DNA from: an uncultured Christensenella sp.
Lineage (GTDB): Bacteria > Bacillota > Clostridia > Christensenellales > UBA1242
Assembly (NCBI GenBank): GCA_949841595.1
Contig: CATKZB010000011.1
Coordinates: 1-32,000, forward strand
Length of the DNA: 32,000 nt
Direction: 5' to 3'
Both the position numbers and the translations under genes were made by a program. The notes under the pieces were generated by a model. The model searched no databases, was not told where the DNA came from, and saw nothing but the letters and a program-made list of their open reading frames with translations. This document shows positions 6,211 through 15,358 of this stretch, in pieces (positions within the stretch are counted from its first letter, which is position 1; the number at the start of each line of letters is the position of its first letter).

Positions 6211-7617
6211 ATGGCAGATTTTGATTTGGCAACCTTAAAAAGAAAGATGCTCAGAAAATACCCTGCTTTTGGGGCTGAAATTAATGATGTTAATTACAAA
6301 GTTTTTGAAAATGGTAAAGAAGTTTCAACAGCTTGCACTGATGGGAAAACTATTTATATCAATCAAGGATTTATGGAAAAAATGTCAGAAGAAGAACAAG
6401 TGTTTATTCTTGCTCATGAAGTGAGTCATATTGCACTTAATCATATAATGAGATGTAAAGATAAGGATATGAAACTTTGGAATATTGCAACGGATGCTGT
6501 TATCAATCAATATCTGAAGCAAGATGGTTTGCCTATGCCTGAAGGTGCGATTGATTTTGAAAATGAAAATCATTTTGATGCAGAAGAAGTCTATGAAAAA
6601 TTGTTGGAAGAAAAACAAAAGAAAGAAGAACAATCAAAACAGCAACAACAAAACGGACAAGAGCAACAATCTGGTCAAGAACAAAATGAGCAATCACAAA
6701 ATCAACAAACCAGTTCTGAAGAAAGTGAGAATGGAAATTCTCAACAAGAAAATAAAGAAGAAAACTCTCAAGAGCAAGACGAAGATATGCAAATGGGACA
6801 TGATGACCACTCTATGTGGAAAAAAGCAGTTGAAGAAGCTGAAAAAGAGAAGGAAAAGCATTCTAAAGAAAAAGGTGAGTCACAAGAAAAGAAAGATGAA
6901 CCAGAGGAAAAGATTGTTAGTGAAAAAGACTTTTTCAAGAAAAACGAAGAAGAAAAAGTTAGAATTGCTGAAGAGATTATGAAAAATTTGAGCAGTGAAA
7001 GACGGGGCAATGGTGGAGAAACTCAACTTGTGGAGTTTTCTGATATCGGGGATGCTGGAAAGCCTGTTGTGAATTGGAAAAGAATGCTTATCAGAAATCT
7101 TGAACTTGAAGATGAAGCTTGGGGACATAAGTTTTCTGACAAATCTAATAATTATGCTTCCAGAATTGAAGATGTTGAATATGATGAAAAAGCTGAGACT
7201 GAAATTATTTTGGACACTAGTGGTTCGGTGAGTGTGAATCTTCTTAAGAATTTTTTAAGACAAGTTAAAACTATACTTAAAAATTCAACTATAAAAGTGG
7301 GGACCTTTTCTGATGATTTTTATGGTTGGACGGAAATAAAAAGGGAAGCTGATATTGACAGTTTAAGGCTTTATGTTGGTGGTGGAACAAATTTTGATGC
7401 AGCAAGCAGAGCATTTTCAAAACGAAAAGATGTCAACAAAATTTGTTTTACTGATGGTCAAGATGGTGGAAATGCTGAAATTAGAGAACCAAGGAAAGAT
7501 ATCACATGGATAAGTTTTGAAAATCCAAATTTCAAACCAGATAATGGAAAAGTTATGTTTGTTCCAGAAAATTTGATAAATATGGAAATGGAAAAAAGTG
7601 ATGGGAATGTCAAATAA
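6211..7617 (+). CDS. vWA-domain protein with N-terminal HExxH metallopeptidase-like domain (DUF2201-like MoxR partner)
   Basis: ILAHEVSHIALNH (HEVSH at 6415-6429), WNIATDAVINQYL. A Q/E/K-rich linker of about 120 aa. MIDAS-like LDTSGSV (7213-7227). RBS AGAGGTG. Confidence 0.75.
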   Translation: MADFDLATLKRKMLRKYPAFGAEINDVNYKVFENGKEVSTACTDGKTIYINQGFMEKMSEEEQVFILAHEVSHIALNHIMRCKDKDMKLWNIATDAVINQYLKQDGLPMPEGAIDFENENHFDAEEVYEKLLEEKQKKEEQSKQQQQNGQEQQSGQEQNEQSQNQQTSSEESENGNSQQENKEENSQEQDEDMQMGHDDHSMWKKAVEEAEKEKEKHSKEKGESQEKKDEPEEKIVSEKDFFKKNEEEKVRIAEEIMKNLSSERRGNGGETQLVEFSDIGDAGKPVVNWKRMLIRNLELEDEAWGHKFSDKSNNYASRIEDVEYDEKAETEIILDTSGSVSVNLLKNFLRQVKTILKNSTIKVGTFSDDFYGWTEIKREADIDSLRLYVGGGTNFDAASRAFSKRKDVNKICFTDGQDGGNAEIREPRKDITWISFENPNFKPDNGKVMFVPENLINMEMEKSDGNVK

Positions 7618-7620
7618 AAA

Positions 7621-7646
7621 GAAGACCTAAAAATGGTCTTTTTTTG
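7621..7646 (+). terminator. Intrinsic terminator ending the target operon
   Basis: aagacc-taaaaat-ggtctt followed by T-run. Confidence 0.7.
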
Positions 7647-7711
7647 GTTTGCCTATTGCAAAGACAAGTGAAATGTGTTATTATGCATATAAGAAATTTT
7701 GAAGGTGTGAT

Positions 7712-8719
7712 ATGATTACTGAAAGTTTGAAGAGAAAAATTTTAAGCAAAGATTTTGCAGAAAGATTGAATGAAATTTGTCTGGAATCAAATAGTTTTGA
7801 ATTTTATAAAGAATTGAAAGCTGACTTGCCATTTCTTGACAAGTTTGTCAGAAATATGAAAAAAGATTGCAAAATGATTAATGTTTTTTCTAAAAGCAGG
7901 AGTTTGGAAGAAATGAACTTTCATGCTATGAAATTTTATGAAAATTTGGATGCTGAAATTTATGATCGATTGAAATTCTTATTGTATGACAAATCCACAC
8001 AAGTTTCTGTTTGTGATCCTGTTGAAAAATTTGTTTCTTCTTCTGCCTCACTTTTTGAAACTAATAAGAATGGTATGAGAATTGTTTCTTTGCATCCCAA
8101 AATGGATTTTGAAGGTCTCTTTTGTTATGTGCATGAATATGCACACCTGATGTGTGAGGATTTTGTTAATTTTAAAATGAATAACTTTGAAAACAACATT
8201 TCTGAAGTTCCTAGTCTTTGCATGGAAAAGGTTTATGCAAATTGGCTTGTTAAAAATGGGATTATCAGTATTGATGAATATAATTGCTTTAAACTTAGAG
8301 AAATAACTACCTTTGTTAGTTTTGTTGGAAAATTGTTTTTGGATGCGACGTTTTTTGAAATGGTAAAACCTCCAGTTACAGAACAAAAATTGCTTATGGT
8401 TGAATATATTTTTAATAATCATCCGATATTGAAAGATAATTATGAAGAGTTTTTGTTGAGACTTAATGAAATTGTGACAGAAAATAAACCTACCACTTAT
8501 ATTTTTAGATATGTTGTTGGAGAACTAGTGGGGGGGGTGTTTTTGGATGACTTCAAAAAGGATAGCGTTTCTGCAGTAGAAAGATATAAAAAATTGATTA
8601 AAAATATAGACAAGTTGAAATCTGATGAGGCTGTTGAAACTCTTATTGGAAAAGATTATAAAAAACGAATTGAAAAGAAATATTTAAATTCAAAGTTATC
8701 AAGAAATAAAGCTGATTAA
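7712..8719 (+). CDS. HExxH protein, possible short M3-like metallopeptidase
   Basis: YVHEYAHLM (HEYAH at 8132-8146), with a downstream ISEVPSLCMEK that resembles the M3 third-ligand region. Contains a G8 tract at 8530-8537. Confidence 0.45.
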   Translation: MITESLKRKILSKDFAERLNEICLESNSFEFYKELKADLPFLDKFVRNMKKDCKMINVFSKSRSLEEMNFHAMKFYENLDAEIYDRLKFLLYDKSTQVSVCDPVEKFVSSSASLFETNKNGMRIVSLHPKMDFEGLFCYVHEYAHLMCEDFVNFKMNNFENNISEVPSLCMEKVYANWLVKNGIISIDEYNCFKLREITTFVSFVGKLFLDATFFEMVKPPVTEQKLLMVEYIFNNHPILKDNYEEFLLRLNEIVTENKPTTYIFRYVVGELVGGVFLDDFKKDSVSAVERYKKLIKNIDKLKSDEAVETLIGKDYKKRIEKKYLNSKLSRNKAD

Positions 8720-8737
8720 AATTAGATTTTTATGTAA

Positions 8738-8770
8738 AGTTCTGATTCTATGTCAGAATTTTTCTTTTTG
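8738..8770 (+). terminator. Intrinsic terminator
   Basis: agttctga-ttctatg-tcagaatt followed by a T-rich run. Confidence 0.6.
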
Positions 8771-8842
8771 TTTTAATTTATTTGCTCTTTTGGCAAAAAT
8801 ATATTATAATCTTTTTATAAAGTTTGTTTAAGGTTTAAGATT

Positions 8843-11194
8843 ATGATTTTTAAGAAATTTTTTAACAAAGACTCGGCGCTTGTTGACGAGTTTGCAAAAG
8901 AGTTTAATGTCTTGCCTTCAACAATGTATTTGATTTTATCTCGTGGACTTTCATCTAAGCAAGAAATTGAAGAATATTTGTCTGTTGGGAAACTTTTGGA
9001 CCCTTTTCTTATTAAAAATATGAAAGAACTGTGTGAGAGAATACAGTTGGCAAAACAATTAGACGACAGAGTGCTTATTTTTGGTGATTATGATGTGGAT
9101 GGCGTTAGTGCCACTGCAATAATGCTGAAAACTCTCAAAAAATTGGGTATCAATGCTGATTTTTATCTTCCTAATCGTTACATAGACGGTTATGGCTTGA
9201 CATGCGATTGCATTGATAAAATTGAAAAGCAATTTGCTCCAGATTTGATTATCACAGTGGACTGTGGAATTTCTTGTTTTAAAGAAGTTGAATATGCCAA
9301 AGAAAAGGGCATTGAAATTATTGTTACTGACCATCATGAAATCCCTGAAATTTTGCCTTCTGGTTTGGTGCTTAATGCAAAGATTGAAGGTCAAGATTAT
9401 CCTTTCAGAGAGTTGTGTGGAACTGGACTTGCTTACAAGATAAGCGAAGCTTTGCTTGGGCAAAAAAAAGCTGAAGAATTTTTGCCAATTGCTGCGATTG
9501 CAACAATTGCTGACATTGTTTCGCTTACTGGTGAAAACAGAAATATTGTAAAAAGAGGGCTTAAAAGTTTTGATAAACTTCCTTTGGGTTTGAAAACGCT
9601 TCTTAAAGAAAACAAAGTTTCATTGTCAAAACCTTCATCAACGGATATTGCCTTTAAGATTGCTCCAAAAATTAACTCTTCAGGCAGAATGGGAGATGCT
9701 GGTGACAGTTTGGCACTTTATATGTCGGAAGACCCTGTTGTTGTTAAAAAGTATCTTGAAAAAATCAAAGTTCACAACACAAAACGTCAAGAATTGTCTG
9801 CCAAAATTTTGGAAGATTGTGAAAAGGCAATAAAAAAAATGGATTTGGCAAACACAAGAGTGATATGTTTGGCTTCCAAAAAGTGGGATCAGGGCATTTT
9901 GGGGATCGCTTGTGCAAGACTTGTTGAAACTTACAACAGACCCGTGTTTTTGTTTTCTCAAGTGGGGGACGTTCTTCATGGTTCTGGGCGTAGCATTGAC
10001 GACATCAACATTCATGAATTGTTATCTTCTTTACAAGATATTTTGGAAACTTATGGTGGTCATACAATGGCAGCAGGTCTGACATTGAAAAGAGCACATT
10101 ATGAAGATTTTTGCAACAGAGTTAATGCTTTTGTTTTTGAAAAAATAAATGATAAAGTTTTTATGCCAATCAAATATTATGATTTGGATGTTAAGAATGA
10201 AGATATTACAGCCAGATTTTTGCAAGAACTATCACTCCTTGAACCTTTTGGTTGTGGAAATGCAAGACCTAAATTTAGAATAAGTGCTGAAAATGTGGAA
10301 ATAGAACCAAGAAAGTATAGCCCTGCTCATTGCAAAGTTAAGTTGGGGGATTTGCAACTTGATTATTTCAATTTCACAAAAAGTTATAATGCTCTTAAAT
10401 TTGCGCGATATAAGTCATTTATATTTGAATTTCAAGGTGAAGAAAAAAGTGGAGTCGTAAGTGACTTTGATTGTGGCAGTTTCATTGTGGACAATTCACA
10501 TATGTACACTTACCCAATTCAATATGAACAACTAGCTTTTGATTTTGACAAACCAACAAAATTTGAATTTTATCCACAAAGCCAATTGTTAAATTTTGTT
10601 GCAGGCACACAAAACCAAGTGTTTGGAACAGCATTTGTGGCATATTCTGCATATGATTTTGTGAATTTTTCTAAGAATTATTCTAAGGAAAATATTTTCC
10701 ATGTTGGAATCTGTGAAGAAACTTGTGTTGGTTATAATAGTTTGCTTTTATCTCCAGTTGGGATTGAATGGACAAAAAATTTCAGTAAAATTGTGTTTTT
10801 GTCACAAGTTATGGATGAGGGTTTTTTGGCAAGAATTCGAGAAGTGTCTAAAGCAGAAATTTTTGTTCCTATGGAAAAAGCTGTTGACAAACAAAGATTT
10901 GCTGCTCTTGATTTATCCAGAGAAACTTTTGGTAGGATTTTTAAAGCTTTGACAGCAAAAAATTTTGTTAAATACTATTCAATTTTTGACATATATCAAA
11001 ACAAAATGAAAGGAAAAGTGGGATTTGACACATTTTATGTGGCATATTTGGTATTTTTGGAGTTGGGACTTATTTCAGTTGAAAAGGAAACTTTTATTTT
11101 TATTTCTCAAAATAAAGATGTTAAAAAAGCATTGACTGAGTCTAAACTTTACAACAAACTAACATTATTGAAAAATACAATAGGTGCAATATGA
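8843..11194 (+). CDS. recJ: Single-stranded-DNA-specific exonuclease RecJ
   Basis: DHH motifs IFGDYDVDGVSATAIM, ITVDCG, IVTDHH; DHHA1-like GGHTMAAG. Length 783 aa. Confidence 0.88.
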   Translation: MIFKKFFNKDSALVDEFAKEFNVLPSTMYLILSRGLSSKQEIEEYLSVGKLLDPFLIKNMKELCERIQLAKQLDDRVLIFGDYDVDGVSATAIMLKTLKKLGINADFYLPNRYIDGYGLTCDCIDKIEKQFAPDLIITVDCGISCFKEVEYAKEKGIEIIVTDHHEIPEILPSGLVLNAKIEGQDYPFRELCGTGLAYKISEALLGQKKAEEFLPIAAIATIADIVSLTGENRNIVKRGLKSFDKLPLGLKTLLKENKVSLSKPSSTDIAFKIAPKINSSGRMGDAGDSLALYMSEDPVVVKKYLEKIKVHNTKRQELSAKILEDCEKAIKKMDLANTRVICLASKKWDQGILGIACARLVETYNRPVFLFSQVGDVLHGSGRSIDDINIHELLSSLQDILETYGGHTMAAGLTLKRAHYEDFCNRVNAFVFEKINDKVFMPIKYYDLDVKNEDITARFLQELSLLEPFGCGNARPKFRISAENVEIEPRKYSPAHCKVKLGDLQLDYFNFTKSYNALKFARYKSFIFEFQGEEKSGVVSDFDCGSFIVDNSHMYTYPIQYEQLAFDFDKPTKFEFYPQSQLLNFVAGTQNQVFGTAFVAYSAYDFVNFSKNYSKENIFHVGICEETCVGYNSLLLSPVGIEWTKNFSKIVFLSQVMDEGFLARIREVSKAEIFVPMEKAVDKQRFAALDLSRETFGRIFKALTAKNFVKYYSIFDIYQNKMKGKVGFDTFYVAYLVFLELGLISVEKETFIFISQNKDVKKALTESKLYNKLTLLKNTIGAI

Positions 11195-13284
11195 TTCAAG
11201 ACGATAAAAAACGAATTTTAAATAAAATATATGACAACTTCCAACTTACTGAAAAAGACAAAAGGGTGATGGAAGAGTGTTTTGTTGATGAAATAAATTT
11301 ACCACGTTTAGAAAGTGTGATTGACATTATGGTTGAATATCATATGCAAGCTGAAATTGTTATGCCCTATGTGCTTTTTCAAACCTACAAAACAAATCCA
11401 GAAATGGCAAATGAACTATCGGAAAAATATTTCACAAAAGCCCAAAAGAAATTGTATGAAACTTTCATCACTTTGAAAGATGTTCGTTCTTTGACAAAAA
11501 GTGGCGAAGCTGAAGATATCAGAAAGATGTTTGTAGCAATTTGCCAAGATATAAGAATTGTTATTGTCAAATTTGCAACCATACTTTATGATTTGAAGTT
11601 GATTAAAAATCCAATGAAGATTGAGGACAAGGAATATGTTCAAATTGTAAGTGATATTTTTGCACCTTTGGCAGAAAGACTTGGGCTTTCAATGTTTAAG
11701 TTTGCTTTTGAAGACATATGTTTTGAATTGCTTGAACCTGAGGCTTTTGAAAAATTGAAAAATAGTGTTCTTCTTAAATCTGAAGATAACCAGAAGCAAA
11801 TTGAAACAACAAAAGAAAAACTTAAAAGCATTTTGAAAGAACTTTCAATTGATGGTGACATTCAATATCGTCAAAAACATTTTTCAAGTATATACAAAAA
11901 AATGAGGGCTCAGGGTGGTGGACTTGAAAATATTTATGATTTGATAGCCATGAGAGTACTTGTTGATTCTGTTGAGGATTGTTATTCAGTATTAGGGAAA
12001 ATTCATGCAATTTACAGACCTATGCAAGGAAGGGTTAAGGATTATATTGCAAATCCAAAACCAAATGGTTATCAAAGCTTGCACACGACAATCATTGCAG
12101 AAAACAACCGTCCACTTGAAATCCAAATTAGAACTTTTGAAATGCATAAATTTTCTGAATATGGTGTGGCTGCTCATTGGATTTATAAAGAAAAAAGAGG
12201 CCAAAACAAGTTTGATCAAAAGATGTCTTGGTTTAGGCAAGTTTTGGAAAATGCTAGTCAGCTTTCACCAGAAGAATTTATGGAGACTTTGAAAGTTGAC
12301 CTTTATGGTGAATCTATTTTTGCTCAAACTCCAAAGGGAAAAGTTTTGGAATTTCCTTTAGGTGCAACTGTAATTGACTTTGCCTATGCCATTCATTCTG
12401 GTGTTGGAAACACTTGCGTTGGAGCGAAAATAAATGGAAAGATTGTTCCAATAACTTCAACGTTATCCAATGGAGATGTTGTTGAAATATTGACAAATCC
12501 AAACAAAGTGCCTTCAAGAGATTGGCTTTCAGTGATAAAAACTTCAAGTGCTAGATCAAAAATAAAAGCTTATTTCAAAAGCGAATTGAAAGAAGAAAAC
12601 GTTCGTGTTGGAAAAGCTGTTTTAGAGCAAGCTGTTAAGGCAAGAAATCTTAATTTAAGCAAAATCTTGAAAGAAGAATTTTTGACTGAAATTGCAAAGA
12701 ATTTGATGATTGAGGAACTTGATGTCCTTTATGCAGAAATTGGAGCTGGAAGTTTGTCTGTTAACAGTGTTGTTGGCAGACTTGTAAATCTATATAACAA
12801 AGAAAAGACGCTTGAGCTTAAAGAAAATGTCATTACTGTTAAGAAAAACAAAGATGGAGTTCTTGTCGATGGTGACAGTGGGCTACTTATACGCTATGCT
12901 GGCTGTTGCACTCCGGTTACTGGAGATGAAATCGTAGGTTACATTTCTCGTGGAAGGGGAGTGACAATCCACAGAAGTGGTTGTCAAAATCTTAAATATC
13001 TTGAGCCTGAAAGACTTATCAAAGCAGAGTGGCAAGATACAAAAGGTTCGAGTTTTGTTGCTGTTGTCAAAGTGCATGCCGACAATGTCAATGCTGATAT
13101 AAACAGTCTCAACACAATTGCAAGAGAATTAAAAGCGAAATTGAAAGGTTTTGGCTATAAAGAAATAAAAGATGAGTTGGTGTTTGAGATTGTTGTTGAA
13201 ATTTCAAATAAGACAGAACTTGATGCTGTCATCAAAAGTTTTGAAGGCGTCAAATATGTTAGAAGAGTTTATAGGAGTGAATAA
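11191..13284 (+). CDS. relA: Long RelA/SpoT-homolog (p)ppGpp synthetase with a degenerate hydrolase (HD) domain
   Basis: Synthetase motifs DLIAMRVLV, DYIANPKPNGYQSLHT, EIQIRT, AAHWIYKE. TGS (GKVLEFPLGATVIDFAYAIH) and a C-terminal ACT-like region. ATGA overlap with recJ. Confidence 0.88.
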   Translation: MIQDDKKRILNKIYDNFQLTEKDKRVMEECFVDEINLPRLESVIDIMVEYHMQAEIVMPYVLFQTYKTNPEMANELSEKYFTKAQKKLYETFITLKDVRSLTKSGEAEDIRKMFVAICQDIRIVIVKFATILYDLKLIKNPMKIEDKEYVQIVSDIFAPLAERLGLSMFKFAFEDICFELLEPEAFEKLKNSVLLKSEDNQKQIETTKEKLKSILKELSIDGDIQYRQKHFSSIYKKMRAQGGGLENIYDLIAMRVLVDSVEDCYSVLGKIHAIYRPMQGRVKDYIANPKPNGYQSLHTTIIAENNRPLEIQIRTFEMHKFSEYGVAAHWIYKEKRGQNKFDQKMSWFRQVLENASQLSPEEFMETLKVDLYGESIFAQTPKGKVLEFPLGATVIDFAYAIHSGVGNTCVGAKINGKIVPITSTLSNGDVVEILTNPNKVPSRDWLSVIKTSSARSKIKAYFKSELKEENVRVGKAVLEQAVKARNLNLSKILKEEFLTEIAKNLMIEELDVLYAEIGAGSLSVNSVVGRLVNLYNKEKTLELKENVITVKKNKDGVLVDGDSGLLIRYAGCCTPVTGDEIVGYISRGRGVTIHRSGCQNLKYLEPERLIKAEWQDTKGSSFVAVVKVHADNVNADINSLNTIARELKAKLKGFGYKEIKDELVFEIVVEISNKTELDAVIKSFEGVKYVRRVYRSE

Positions 13285-14688
13285 ATGAAGATTGTTTGTC
13301 AAACGATAGATTTTGAAAAAGATATGCAAGATCTTGTCAATCTTTTCTATGAAGAAGATTGTCCTTTTTCTATCGAGCATCAATCTGAAAAAAATCAAAA
13401 TGAAGTAACAAGCAGACTCTTTATTGGGAGTGGTGTTGATCGAAAAGAATATGTGAAAAATTTTGTTTTGCCAAAAGATGTAAATGCTTTGCAAGAAAAA
13501 AGCTTGTTTAAAAGGAATTTTAAAAATCATTTATACGAAGTTTTGAGTTTGCTTTCACACAGATCTCTTCCTTGGGGATCTTTGACAGGCGTGAGACCAA
13601 CTAAGTTTGCTCGTGATCTTGTGGAAAGGGGAGAAATTAAACCACATCTTATTTCTGAAACATTGGTGAGAGACTATCATGTTTCAAGCGATAAAGCAAA
13701 ACTTGTTGTGCAAATTTTGAAAAATCAAAAATGTATCATAAAAAATGATAAACTGGTGGATCTTTTTATCAATATCCCAATATGTCCAACAAGGTGTAAT
13801 TATTGTTCTTTCATTTCAAATGAGCTTTGGACAATTCAAAACAAAGTGGAAGAATATTTGGACTGTGTTTTGAAAGAATTGGAAGCTGTCAAAAAAATGA
13901 TATTGGACAACTCTTATATTGTGAGAACAATCTATATTGGTGGTGGGACACCAACAGTTTTGAGTGCAGAACAGTTGGAAAAACTTTTATCGCAAATTGG
14001 ATTTCCTGTTTCTGAATTTACAGTTGAGTGTGGGCGTGCAGACACAATAACAAGAGAAAAACTTGAAGTTTTGAAAAATTATGGTGTAACAAGAATTTGT
14101 ATCAATCCACAAACTTTTTGTGAAGCAACACTTAAGCGCATTGGAAGAAAAACTACAAACAAACAAGTTTTGGAAGCATATATGCTTGCCATGGAATATG
14201 ATTTTGTGGTAAATATGGACATCATTGCTGGATTGAGCGAAGAAAGGTTGGGTATTTTTAAAAGAACTATAAACACACTATTGGAGCTTTATCCACAGAA
14301 TATCACTGTTCATACCTTATCCATAAAAAATGCTGCTCAAATCAGAGGAGAAGAAGTTAAATATAAAAATGATGTACCTAAAATGGTGGATTTCGCAGAA
14401 AAAATCTTACTTGAAAATGGTTATAAGCCTTATTATCTCTACAGACAAAAGCACCAATTGGGTGGACTTGAAAATGTTGGTTATTTCAGAGATGATAATG
14501 TGTGCATATTTAATGTTGACAGCATGGAAGATGTTTCTTCAGTGATAGCTGTTGGGGCAGGGGCGATTTCAAAGAGAGTTTTCAATTTGGAGAACAGAAT
14601 AGAAAGACAGCCAAATTGTAAATTTATCAATGATTATATCGAACGCATTGATGAAATGATTGAAAAGAAAATTGAATTTTTCAGTTAA
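13285..14688 (+). CDS. hemZ: Radical SAM protein, HemN/HemZ-like coproporphyrinogen dehydrogenase family
   Basis: CPTRCNYCSF (CxxxCxxC), IYIGGGTPT, 467 aa. Sits downstream of relA. Confidence 0.7.
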   Translation: MKIVCQTIDFEKDMQDLVNLFYEEDCPFSIEHQSEKNQNEVTSRLFIGSGVDRKEYVKNFVLPKDVNALQEKSLFKRNFKNHLYEVLSLLSHRSLPWGSLTGVRPTKFARDLVERGEIKPHLISETLVRDYHVSSDKAKLVVQILKNQKCIIKNDKLVDLFINIPICPTRCNYCSFISNELWTIQNKVEEYLDCVLKELEAVKKMILDNSYIVRTIYIGGGTPTVLSAEQLEKLLSQIGFPVSEFTVECGRADTITREKLEVLKNYGVTRICINPQTFCEATLKRIGRKTTNKQVLEAYMLAMEYDFVVNMDIIAGLSEERLGIFKRTINTLLELYPQNITVHTLSIKNAAQIRGEEVKYKNDVPKMVDFAEKILLENGYKPYYLYRQKHQLGGLENVGYFRDDNVCIFNVDSMEDVSSVIAVGAGAISKRVFNLENRIERQPNCKFINDYIERIDEMIEKKIEFFS

Positions 14689-14690
14689 TA

Positions 14691-14722
14691 AAAAACCACG
14701 TTTTAACGTGGTTTTGTTTTTT
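14691..14722. terminator. Bidirectional terminator between hemZ and the XRE gene
   Basis: aaaaccacg-ttttaa-cgtggtttt flanked by A-run and T-run. Confidence 0.7.
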
Positions 14723-14925
14723 TAGTTTTCTAAGCCAACAAGAAAATCAATTGAACATTTGAAATATCTTGCAAGAAGAATAAGATTTGTCATGTTTGGT
14801 TCATGCAAACAAGCCAACCATCTTGCGATGTTGGATTGACTTATCCCAGTTTCTTTGCTCAACTTGCTCTGAGATAAATTATTTTCTTGCATTAATTCTT
14901 TAAGTCTGTCAGCAAATTCATTCAT
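14722..14925 (-). CDS. XRE-family helix-turn-helix transcriptional regulator (67 aa)
   Basis: LSQSKLSKETGISQSNIARW, a classic HTH_3 core. No SD. TATAAT (complement of 14932-14937) lies 6 nt upstream of the ATG. Confidence 0.75.
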   Translation of the reverse strand: MNEFADRLKELMQENNLSQSKLSKETGISQSNIARWLACLHEPNMTNLILLARYFKCSIDFLVGLEN

Positions 14926-14958
14926 AACTTAATTATATGCTAAAATGCATAAAAATAC

Positions 14959-14988
14959 TTGACTTATGCAAACTTGCATAAGTATAAT
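14959..14988 (+). promoter_or_regulatory. Promoter with a perfect 9+9 palindromic operator in the spacer
   Basis: TTGACT (14959-14964), 18-nt spacer, TATAAT (14983-14988). cttatgcaa-ac-ttgcataag (14963-14982) fills the spacer. Confidence 0.6.
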
Positions 14989-15006
14989 TAAATTAAAGGA
15001 GAAAAT

Positions 15007-15219
15007 ATGAAAATACGTACAGACAAATTATCCTTGGAAAAGATAATCAAATTCATGAATCAAAACAATCTTTCAAAAGAAAGCTTTTCAAAAAAATGTG
15101 GCTTTGATTGCGAAATAATGGACAGAATATGTGAAAGAGAAGGAAAAATCGAACTGGAACAATTGCTTGATATTGCACATGTTATGGGAGTTTCAATTGC
15201 AAGTTTGATTGCAAAATAA
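15007..15219 (+). CDS. Small HTH-like (XRE/Cro-like) protein (70 aa)
   Basis: LSKESFSKKCGFDCEIMDRI...LLDIAHVMGVSIASLI. RBS AAAGGAG. Divergent from the other XRE gene. Confidence 0.55.
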   Translation: MKIRTDKLSLEKIIKFMNQNNLSKESFSKKCGFDCEIMDRICEREGKIELEQLLDIAHVMGVSIASLIAK

Positions 15220-15358
15220 TAAAAAAATGCGATTAAATTCTTTACTTTTTTATTTTGGTATGCTATACTGACAAAGTCGATAAACTTATGACACAGTTTT
15301 GGGAGTCCTTCGACCCTTGGCTTTGTTTAAGTTGTTAAAATTTTAATGGAGGAATGTT

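Noticed and set aside
6385-7128. Several ORFs in other frames or on the other strand across the vWA gene linker (for example 6524-6982, which is K-rich).
   Set aside because: They are produced by purine-rich low-complexity DNA, have no RBS, and lie fully inside a well-supported CDS.
15240-15358. The rpsO leader as an S15 autoregulatory RNA structure.
   Set aside because: A TGcTATACT promoter and a small gggagtc/gaccc hairpin are visible, but I cannot demonstrate the S15-binding pseudoknot or three-way-junction mimic from sequence alone.
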